NCBI GenBank assembly: GCA_036519915.1
Contig: DATDKQ010000241.1
Location: 1 to 35,363, forward strand
From: Solirubrobacterales bacterium
GTDB lineage: Bacteria; Actinomycetota; Thermoleophilia; Solirubrobacterales; 70-9
Direction of reading: 5' to 3'
Length of the DNA stretch: 35,363 nucleotides
Shown here piece after piece: positions 7,485 through 14,759 of this stretch; position 1 is the first letter of the stretch; each line of letters starts with the position of its first letter. Below the pieces are notes generated by a model. The model did not search any database. It had not been told where the DNA came from and worked only from the letters and a program-made list of their open reading frames with translations. The position numbers and the translations under genes were made by a program.

Positions 7485-8251
7485 ACTTTCAGCACCTGGT
7501 CATCACCCGCCTCACCATCAAGCTGTTCTATGAGGCGTTCTCACCGCAATGGCTCGAGGAGCGGCTCCGGCTCTTCCGCACCTACTGCGTCCCCTCGATG
7601 GCCGAGCAGACGAGTGACGAGTACGAGTGGCTCATCCTCTGCGACGAGTCCACGGACCCGGGTTTCTTAAGGGGGGTTGAGGAGAGCCGTTCCCTGGTGC
7701 CTCAACTCCGCATGGTGTACACGTCGAAGGAGCGCGACGTCCACATTCCGGACGCCCTGGGCTCCCTGATCCAGCCCGACACCGAACTGCTGGTCACTAC
7801 CAGGCTGGATGGCGACGACTCCCTCCACGCTGAGACGATCGCCGCCGTCCAGGGCTATGTGGGCGCCTTCGCGCGGTCTTCGAATCAGAGCTGGGTGCTC
7901 GACTTTCCTCTCGGCTACCGGTACGACGAGCCCAATCAGCGCCTCTACGAGGTGTTCTGGATGTACAGCCCATTCGCATCGCTGTTCGAGAAGCTCCGCC
8001 CCGGCAAGAGGTTTCGGAACGTCTATCGCAACCACCACCGGCTTCACCTCTTCAGCCCGGCCCACTTCGACCTCTCGATCCCCGCGTGGCTCCAAATCAT
8101 TCACGGGCGTGCTGAGCAACGATCCGGAACGGCAATCGAGGCCGGAAACCGTGACTCAGCGATCCGGGCCACGGACGTCGAGGTCAATCCCGCCGAGGTG
8201 GGGAACATGTTCGGCATCGACCTGGCGGAGAGGACCGCCCGGCCGGGTTAG
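7481..8251 (+). CDS. Putative rhamnosyltransferase-like glycosyltransferase (PF11316-like), paralog 2
   Basis: ATG 7481 overlaps the upstream stop (ATGA); the track start at 7472 is a GTG three codons earlier. The protein is collinear with paralog 1 and about half the residues are identical by eye (FQHLVITRLTIK, FSPQWLEERLRLFRTYCVPSMAEQ, WLILCDESTD, TRLDGDDSLH, IPAWLQIIHGRAE). Confidence 0.78.
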   Translation: MNFQHLVITRLTIKLFYEAFSPQWLEERLRLFRTYCVPSMAEQTSDEYEWLILCDESTDPGFLRGVEESRSLVPQLRMVYTSKERDVHIPDALGSLIQPDTELLVTTRLDGDDSLHAETIAAVQGYVGAFARSSNQSWVLDFPLGYRYDEPNQRLYEVFWMYSPFASLFEKLRPGKRFRNVYRNHHRLHLFSPAHFDLSIPAWLQIIHGRAEQRSGTAIEAGNRDSAIRATDVEVNPAEVGNMFGIDLAERTARPG

Positions 8252-8273
8252 ATCTCGGCGGCCACAGGCCGGA

Positions 8274-9332
8274 TCAGGATCCCGCCGTCGCCGGCGTCGG
8301 CGTCGCCGGCGGAACCAATCGGAAGCGTGCCGCCGAGGCAATCGTCGCCAGACGGTGGGAGTAGGTGTGGGCGTGAAGGATCGCCTTCCTCGCCAAATCC
8401 GACATCTCGCCCCAGTCCTCTTCGGACCCAAGCATCCGCTCGATCCCCTCGTTGGCTTCGTCACGATCCTTCGTGACCAGGGCGGAGTAGCGAAACATAC
8501 GCCGGATCCCCGCGTGGTTTGGCGCGATCACGACGCTCCCCGCGGCCAGCGCCTCCATTGTGAGCTGAGGCACCACCAGGCGCCCGATGTTCGCCGGGTC
8601 GAAGCCGACCACCATGCGGCTGTCAGCGAATGCCTCCACCGCCTTTGACGCGGAAGGCACCGGTTTGACAAACGACGAGTAGCGCTCGGGGAGTGCGTCA
8701 TTGCTCCCGGCGCGCTCGGACCGGAAGATAACGAGGCCATGGTCGGCTGCGGCGTCGAGAATCGCCTCCAGCTCCTCCCGGAACCTCCCCGTGAAGCCCT
8801 CCGGCCATCGTTCGAGGAAGACGACCTGGTCCGAGCGGTCGCCGAACCCGGGCACTGAGTCGGGCACAGTCTGCGCCGCGAGCGGGAGTTGCATCGGCCG
8901 CCGACCCTTGAGTCGCTCGGTCACCGGCTCTCCTGCCTCGGGATCGGCCACGAAGAGGTGCTCCACCATGCGCATCAAGATGGTGGGCGTCTTGATCCGG
9001 CGTCTGAGCGCCGTCTCCCAGAGCGCCGTCGAGACGCCCTGCCGCTCAGCCCAGGCGATCAGCTCCGCCGCGCGTTCGACCTTCTCGTCAGCGAGCGGAC
9101 CCCCGCCGCCGGCGTGCGTCCGAAGCCCTGACGACTCGATGAGCAGCAGGTGGGGCAGCTCCTCGGAGCTCCAGTCCTGGTCCAGGACGTCGAGCGCGCT
9201 GCACGCGGCGCTGATGCACTCGAAGTGGGCGCTGCCGGCCACCGTCGCGACGCGCAAGTCCGCAACCGCTTCGGGGGCGTTGCCGTCAGATGTCTGCACA
9301 CGTGGCGCCAGAGAGTGATCATACGTCCACAC
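8274..9332 (-). CDS. CgeB-like glycosyltransferase (Glyco_trans_1_2-type C-terminal domain)
   Basis: GTG start at 9330-9332. The N-terminal part (DLRVATVAGSAHFECISAACSALDVLDQDWSSEELPHLLLIESSG) parallels the 14760-17162 product. The C-terminal part is VVPQLTMEALAAGSVVIAPNHAGIRRMF...ARKAILHAHTYSHRL. Confidence 0.75.
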   Translation of the reverse strand: MWTYDHSLAPRVQTSDGNAPEAVADLRVATVAGSAHFECISAACSALDVLDQDWSSEELPHLLLIESSGLRTHAGGGGPLADEKVERAAELIAWAERQGVSTALWETALRRRIKTPTILMRMVEHLFVADPEAGEPVTERLKGRRPMQLPLAAQTVPDSVPGFGDRSDQVVFLERWPEGFTGRFREELEAILDAAADHGLVIFRSERAGSNDALPERYSSFVKPVPSASKAVEAFADSRMVVGFDPANIGRLVVPQLTMEALAAGSVVIAPNHAGIRRMFRYSALVTKDRDEANEGIERMLGSEEDWGEMSDLARKAILHAHTYSHRLATIASAARFRLVPPATPTPATAGS

Positions 9333-9380
9333 CCAGAAACGCCGATGTGTTCATTCCAGGCGATCTTTACCCTGTCCGCG
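9333..9380. promoter_or_regulatory. Divergent intergenic gap expected to hold promoters for 8274-9332(-) and 9381-12527(+)
   Basis: This is inferred only from the divergent gene arrangement and the locally A/T-richer sequence. No -10/-35 boxes could be assigned with confidence. Confidence 0.3.
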
Positions 9381-12300
9381 ATGTCTCGCACTCTCGGCAG
9401 GGGAGCGGTCATGCTGGCGTTGGCCGTCTCCTTCTTCGCAGCTTGGACTGCGCGCGCTCAAGCCTGCGCCCCGCTCGCCTGCTCGGAGATCCGGGTCGAT
9501 CTTCCCTACACGCTCGACTTCAGCTCAGATCAGGGCAAGATCCAGGATGCGAACGGCGTCGGCACGGGATTCACCTATGTCGATCCGCCAAGCAGCGGCA
9601 CCGGGTACATCCCCGCCAACTTACAAGTCGACCAGGCGGCCGGCGTGCTGAACGTGACCACCACCGCCGGACTTGCCTTCAAGGCTGGGAACTCCCAGGA
9701 CAACGCGCTCGGCGTGGGGGTCGACGCCCCCAGCCAGGTGACCAGAATCGAGACGACCTTGGACTCGATGCCTGCTGCCAGCAACAACAACGAGCAGGCG
9801 GGGCTCTGGTTCGGCAACGACCAGGACAACTACCTGAAGCTGGTGACGATCGACACTCCGGCCGGCACGCGGATCCAGTTCCTGATGGAGGTGAACGGCC
9901 AGTCCGTCGATAACCAGCAGAGCCCCTTCGTCGACCTGGACGGCCACAACCTCTCCCTCAGCCTGGTTGCCGACCCAACCACCCAGCGCGTGGCGGCCAC
10001 CTACCAGATCGATTCCGGCGCTCCGGTCTCCTTTGAGCAGGATCAGGCGCCAGGTGAATTCTTCTCGTTCGACGCCGCGCGAATCGACCCGAACATCGGG
10101 ACTGACACCTTCACTGGCATCCTCGCCAGCCATCGGGGGGCGACCACTCCGCTCGTCTACCACTTCAATCGTTTCTCGGTGGTCAAGCAGGCCGATGTCG
10201 GTCCGCCTCCGGGTGACCTGCTCAGGGACGGCATCGCCTTCAAGTCCAGCTCCTTCCCGATCGACTTCCCAACCTCCATGGCGATGGGACCCGACGGACG
10301 GCTCTACGTCTCGGAGCTTTTTGGCACCATCCATGCGCTCACCCTGAATGACGACAAGCAGGTGATCGATGACCAGGTGATCACCACCTTGGGCGAGCGA
10401 TTCACGCTCGGCTTGACCGTCGATCCCGAATCGACGCCGAGCAACGTCATCCTCTGGGTGGCGCACTCGAGCCCCTCGATCGACAATGGAGTGCCCAATT
10501 CGGGCATCGTCTCGCGCCTCTCCGGTCCCGGCTTCGCGACGCGGGAGGACGTGATCACCGGGCTCCCGCGAGCAGTGGCGAATCATGGGACCAACGCCCT
10601 GCATTTCGGGCCCGACGGCAAGCTCTATATCGCACAGGGAGGCAACACCGGGGCCGGGGGGCCGAACCAGATCCCCGGCTCGGAGTTCGGCGACATGCAG
10701 GAGCAGCCTCTGTCAGCGGCTCTGCTTGTCGCCGACGTACGCAATCCAGGGTTTGACGGGTCGTGCGACAACCCGAGCGACATCTTCGGGCCCCCTCCCT
10801 GCGACGTGCAGACCTATGCAACCGGGATGCGCAACACCTACGACTTCGTCTTCCATTCCAACGGGCAGATCTACGGAGCCGACAACTCGGTCGGGACGCA
10901 ATCGACCTTCCCCCCCTCTCCCACACCGCCATGCCTCGGCTTTTCGAACCCGGCCCAGTGGGACGCCAACCCTCCCGGCGATGGGGTGGATCCCCTCCAC
11001 GATCCACTCAACCGGCTGGTCGAGGGCGGTTACTACGGACACCCCAACCCGTCTCGTAACCAGTGCGTCTTCTTTGACGGGCGGTTCCAGGGCGTCCCGC
11101 CACTGCCGAACTACCATCCGCCCCTCTACGACCTCGGCGATCACCGCTCGGCGGACGGGATCATCGAATACGCGTCCGACACCTTCTGCGGCTCGCTGAA
11201 GGGCGACCTGCTGCTCGCGAACTATGGGATCGGCGACGACATCACCCGGGTCGAGCTGAGCGACGACGGTACAGCTGTCACCCGCTCAGACAGCCTCCTG
11301 GGCGGCTTCAACGACCCCGTCCCGCTCGCCCAGGATCAGGACGGGACGATCTTCGTCGGCGAGTTCGGCGCCGGCCAGGTGACGGCGCTGTCCCCGGTCA
11401 ACATCGGCTGCTGGGCGGACCGCGCCCCCCTGCCGGCGGAACTGCTCGACGCCGGGGGAGCCGCTCTCGGCGGCAAGCTCTACCTGGTTGCCGGCGAGGC
11501 CGACGCCGGTCATCTATCCACGCTGTGGATCTACGACCCGGCCACAGACTCCTGGAGCTCGGGGCCGCCCCTGCCGGGACCGGCGGTGGAGAACCCGGCC
11601 GTGGCGGTGGACGGCGGAAAGCTCTACGTCTTCGGCGGGTCGACCCATTCGTTCTCGGGCGCCCAGAGCAACGCCGCGGTCTTCGACCCCACCACCAACA
11701 GCTGGACCAGCCTCCCGCCGATGGCGACCGCTCGCGGCGGAGCGATGGCAAAGGCGATCGATGGGAAGATCTACGTGGCCGGCGGGCTCGGAGCGGACGG
11801 TGCATCGCTGGATTCCGTCGAGGTCTTCGATCCCGCCGCCGCTGGCGGCGTGGGTGCCTGGAGCAGCGCGGCCGCGATGGGCACTCGCACCGACAACGCC
11901 GGCTCGGCCGTTCTCGACGGAAAGCTCTACGTGTTCGGAGGCGGCACCCGGAACTCGGACGGGAGCTATGTCGACCGAACCCTGGATACGGTCGAGATGT
12001 ACGACCCCGGCACCGATAGCTGGGCCGGTCGCGCCCCGATGCCCACCGGCCGCCAGTCGGTGATCGTGGGGACCTTGAACGGCCGCGCCCAGGTGATGGG
12101 CGGCGAGGTCAACCCGGCCGCGCCCGGCACGTTCGCCGCCAACGAGGAGTACGACCCGCTGACGGACAGTTGGCGCGGTCTGCACTCCGTGCCGACGCCC
12201 CGGCACGGCGCGACGGCGGCCACGATCGGCGACGTGATCTACGTCGTCGGGGGCGGACCGGAGTCTCTGACCTCGTTCTCCGGGGTCAACGAGGCCTTCT

Positions 12301-12527
12301 CGTTCAAGCCCTTCTCGGGTCCCCCGCCCCCGCCTCCGCCTCCGCCTCCGCCCCCGCCCCCGCCTCCGCCCCCGCCCCCGCAATCTCCGGCGGCCGGTCA
12401 GCCGGCGGGAACCGGCAGTGGTCCGCCCTGCGGGGCCCTCCGCAAGAAGCTGAAGAGGGCAGAGAGGCGAGGTAATAAGGCCAAGGTGCGCCACTTCCAC
12501 CGGAAGCTGCGCCGCCTGGCCTGCTAG
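9381..12527 (+). CDS. Large secreted multidomain protein: signal peptide, LamG/lectin-like domain, PQQ-type glucose/sorbosone-dehydrogenase-like beta-propeller, six Kelch repeats, polyproline, polybasic tail
   Basis: The signal peptide is MSRTLGRGAVMLALAVSFFAAWTARAQA. ATG 9411 has a better SD (GGGGAG) but would lack a charged n-region. The track start at 9150 overlaps the divergent gene. GSDH-like motifs are GPDGRLYVSE, HGTNALHFGPDGKLYIAQGGN, GMRNTYDFVFHSNGQIYGADN and GGYYGHPNP. Kelch blades are GGKLYLVAGE, DGGKLYVFGG, IDGKIYVAGG, LDGKLYVFGG, LNGRAQVMGG and IGDVIYVVGG, each followed by [YF]DP..[DN]SW. Stop is TAG at 12525-12527. Confidence 0.85.
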   Translation: MSRTLGRGAVMLALAVSFFAAWTARAQACAPLACSEIRVDLPYTLDFSSDQGKIQDANGVGTGFTYVDPPSSGTGYIPANLQVDQAAGVLNVTTTAGLAFKAGNSQDNALGVGVDAPSQVTRIETTLDSMPAASNNNEQAGLWFGNDQDNYLKLVTIDTPAGTRIQFLMEVNGQSVDNQQSPFVDLDGHNLSLSLVADPTTQRVAATYQIDSGAPVSFEQDQAPGEFFSFDAARIDPNIGTDTFTGILASHRGATTPLVYHFNRFSVVKQADVGPPPGDLLRDGIAFKSSSFPIDFPTSMAMGPDGRLYVSELFGTIHALTLNDDKQVIDDQVITTLGERFTLGLTVDPESTPSNVILWVAHSSPSIDNGVPNSGIVSRLSGPGFATREDVITGLPRAVANHGTNALHFGPDGKLYIAQGGNTGAGGPNQIPGSEFGDMQEQPLSAALLVADVRNPGFDGSCDNPSDIFGPPPCDVQTYATGMRNTYDFVFHSNGQIYGADNSVGTQSTFPPSPTPPCLGFSNPAQWDANPPGDGVDPLHDPLNRLVEGGYYGHPNPSRNQCVFFDGRFQGVPPLPNYHPPLYDLGDHRSADGIIEYASDTFCGSLKGDLLLANYGIGDDITRVELSDDGTAVTRSDSLLGGFNDPVPLAQDQDGTIFVGEFGAGQVTALSPVNIGCWADRAPLPAELLDAGGAALGGKLYLVAGEADAGHLSTLWIYDPATDSWSSGPPLPGPAVENPAVAVDGGKLYVFGGSTHSFSGAQSNAAVFDPTTNSWTSLPPMATARGGAMAKAIDGKIYVAGGLGADGASLDSVEVFDPAAAGGVGAWSSAAAMGTRTDNAGSAVLDGKLYVFGGGTRNSDGSYVDRTLDTVEMYDPGTDSWAGRAPMPTGRQSVIVGTLNGRAQVMGGEVNPAAPGTFAANEEYDPLTDSWRGLHSVPTPRHGATAATIGDVIYVVGGGPESLTSFSGVNEAFSFKPFSGPPPPPPPPPPPPPPPPPPPPQSPAAGQPAGTGSGPPCGALRKKLKRAERRGNKAKVRHFHRKLRRLAC
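12321..12380 (+). repeat. (CCN)20 microsatellite-like tract encoding a run of 20 prolines
   Basis: The tract reads ccc ccg ccc ccg cct ccg cct ccg cct ccg ccc ccg ccc ccg cct ccg ccc ccg ccc ccg, in frame within the 9381-12527 CDS. Confidence 0.9.
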
Positions 12528-14755
12528 CCGAGCAGCTGACGCGCCGCCTGCCCAGGCTGCTCCGATTTCGGTGACGGTAGAGACAGGAGCTCGTCCCAGA
12601 TGGGCATGACCTCCTCGAAGCTCCAGCGCTGGACGAACTCACCGGCCCGGCGCTGTTCCGCCGCCAGGAGCTCGTGCTCGGTCAACTTCAGGACGGCAGC
12701 CGCCGCAGCCTCGGGGGTCTGATGGACCCAGCGCCCGGTGTACTGCTCCACGGCGCCGGGGCGCTCCAGAATGATGGGAACACAGCCGGAGGCCATCCCC
12801 TCGGCAACCGCGACCTGGTGGCCTTCGTGTTCGCTGGTCGAGAGGATGAAGCCGGCCTTTTGGAGGAAGCCTCCAATGCCCTCCCTGTAAGGCTCGAACG
12901 ACACTGCCCTGCGCAGCACGGACGAGGCGCGAATCCTGCGGAGCTGCTCCTCGAAGTAGCTTCGCTCGTCTGGGCGCGCCCATAGCCATTCGTATTCCCA
13001 GGGGGGCCGGCCCTTGAGCAACAGGCGGAATCTGCCGTCCTCGCCTCGCAATTGCTCGATCAGATCGAGGGCGCGGTCCAGCCGCTTGCGCGCCGGCACG
13101 TAGCCCACCAGGGCCAGGTTGAAGGAGCTCCAGGCGAACTTGGGACGTCGCAGCGCCTTGACATCGATGGCGTTGGGGACGACCATCAGCTTCTCCTCGG
13201 GCCATCCGTAGCGCTCGGCGGCCTCGTCGAGCAGGTGACGCCCTACGAAGACGATTCGGTGCACACGATCGACGTCTACGGAGGGAGGGAAGTCGGTCTC
13301 GCGCTCCTGCCTGTGAAAGCGGACGACCAGCCGCGGCTTCGCGTCGAGGTTTCTGCTGTACCAGACCGAGTTGCCCAGGCACCATTCGCAGAAAACGGTG
13401 TCGGACCACCTACCCAGCCGGCCGCTGACCGATTTGTCCGTTTGATCGTGCCCCGGCCAAAGATCCAGGCGCACGCGGGCCCCGCTGGCCTCCGCGTGCG
13501 CGGGAATCGGGCCCAGGAACCTGAGATCGTGTCCGGCGATCACCAGGTGAAGCCTGGAGTCGGTCCTCGAGGATCGAGAGTACGTCCCGACCAGATCCCG
13601 CAGTTCCGGTGCGAGTCGAGCAGCGACGCGATCAAAGCTGTAATCGCGGCTGACGCTTAGACAGCGCTCGGCCGCCGAGGCGCGGAGAGAAGGGTCCTCC
13701 GCGAGCTGGGCAAGCATCTGCAGGACCTCGCCGGGGTCGGTTGCGAACAGTGGATAGTCGGGACCCAACAGCTGGTCATAGACCGGCGTGCGATTGAGGA
13801 TCACCGCGCAGCCCGCTGCGCCGTACTCGAGGAGCTTCGTCGCGAGCTCCTTGTCCATCATCGGGTGACGGACCGAGAGGGCAACGTCGGCTTCGCGCAT
13901 CAGCCCGAAGGCCCTGTCCCGCGACAGTCCCCCGTGCCAGACGAGGTTCTCGGTCTCGTTCAGGGCGGCCTCGGCAGCGGGCTTGAAGGCGGGATCGTCG
14001 GGCGGGTTATGGACCTTGTCCCCGACCACGTGCAGCTCCGCCTCGGGATGGCTCCGCCGCAGGCGGCGAAAGGTCTCCACCATCTCCAGGAAGTAGTACT
14101 CGGGGGCGAACTTGCCGGCGTAGAGCAGCTTCAGGGATCCCACGCCTGCGCGTTCAGGCGGCACCGTCGGCGGCGCAGGGATCATCGGGGGCAGCAGGAT
14201 CACCTTGTCGCGGTGCTCAGCAGCAGCAGCCGCGGCCATCGCCTTGATCGTGTCGGTCTGGCAGAGGATGCGCTCGCAGGAGGGCGCGATCAGCCGCAGG
14301 TGCTCGACCTCGCCCCCCGGTTCGTAGTCGTGCGGTGGCAGGTAATAGACCCAGAGCCGCCCTGCGAAGGAGTCGGTTCCGCAGATCTGCTCGCTGACCG
14401 CCCTGCCGCGCAGCAGCACCAGGTCGAAACCCTGCTGGGCGTCGAGGGACTGCAGGCAGTCGATCGCCTCGGCCGCGCCGAGTGGGCCCCCGTGGCCGAG
14501 AGAGTCGGGCTCGACCAGCTCGATCCGGGGGTGAATACGCAGGGGAGCCGTCAGCACGTCGCGCTCCTCGGCCGTTCGCAGCAGCAGGGTGACCCGCACC
14601 CAGGGCAGGGTCGTAAGCATTTGTGCCACCGACTGCACCCACACCGAGGAACCGTCGATCAGGTTCATGTTGACCTCGCCATACAGCGCGACGCGGACCG
14701 TGCGGCGGGCCTTCACCTGGGCCTCTGGCTCGCCCGCAAGTTGCAGCGGGTTCAT
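12524..14755 (-). CDS. Two-module glycosyltransferase (tandem GT4-like GT-B domains)
   Basis: ATG 14753-14755 lies 4 nt after the upstream TAG; the track start at 15019 overlaps the upstream gene and gives an R/S/P-rich junk peptide. Module 1 has LLYAGKFAPEYY...LHVVGDK...KLLEYGAAGCAVILNRT. Module 2 has FNLALVGYVPARKR...FILSTSEHEGHQVAVAEGMASGCVPII. Confidence 0.8.
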   Translation of the reverse strand: MNPLQLAGEPEAQVKARRTVRVALYGEVNMNLIDGSSVWVQSVAQMLTTLPWVRVTLLLRTAEERDVLTAPLRIHPRIELVEPDSLGHGGPLGAAEAIDCLQSLDAQQGFDLVLLRGRAVSEQICGTDSFAGRLWVYYLPPHDYEPGGEVEHLRLIAPSCERILCQTDTIKAMAAAAAAEHRDKVILLPPMIPAPPTVPPERAGVGSLKLLYAGKFAPEYYFLEMVETFRRLRRSHPEAELHVVGDKVHNPPDDPAFKPAAEAALNETENLVWHGGLSRDRAFGLMREADVALSVRHPMMDKELATKLLEYGAAGCAVILNRTPVYDQLLGPDYPLFATDPGEVLQMLAQLAEDPSLRASAAERCLSVSRDYSFDRVAARLAPELRDLVGTYSRSSRTDSRLHLVIAGHDLRFLGPIPAHAEASGARVRLDLWPGHDQTDKSVSGRLGRWSDTVFCEWCLGNSVWYSRNLDAKPRLVVRFHRQERETDFPPSVDVDRVHRIVFVGRHLLDEAAERYGWPEEKLMVVPNAIDVKALRRPKFAWSSFNLALVGYVPARKRLDRALDLIEQLRGEDGRFRLLLKGRPPWEYEWLWARPDERSYFEEQLRRIRASSVLRRAVSFEPYREGIGGFLQKAGFILSTSEHEGHQVAVAEGMASGCVPIILERPGAVEQYTGRWVHQTPEAAAAAVLKLTEHELLAAEQRRAGEFVQRWSFEEVMPIWDELLSLPSPKSEQPGQAARQLLG

Positions 14756-14759
14756 CGTC

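Noticed and set aside
12321-12380. Whether the proline-coding repeat, or any other repeat in the window, could be a CRISPR array
   Set aside because: The unit is 3-6 nt, contiguous and in frame inside a CDS. No 25-40-nt repeats separated by spacers occur anywhere in the window.
9621-12500. Long minus-strand ORFs 9621-10604 (327 aa), 10555-11007, 11398-11805 and 11514-12500 (328 aa) inside the big secreted-protein gene
   Set aside because: They are antisense to a frame with dense, repeated, family-specific motifs (GSDH and Kelch). Their products are Arg/Gly/Pro-dominated low-complexity sequence.
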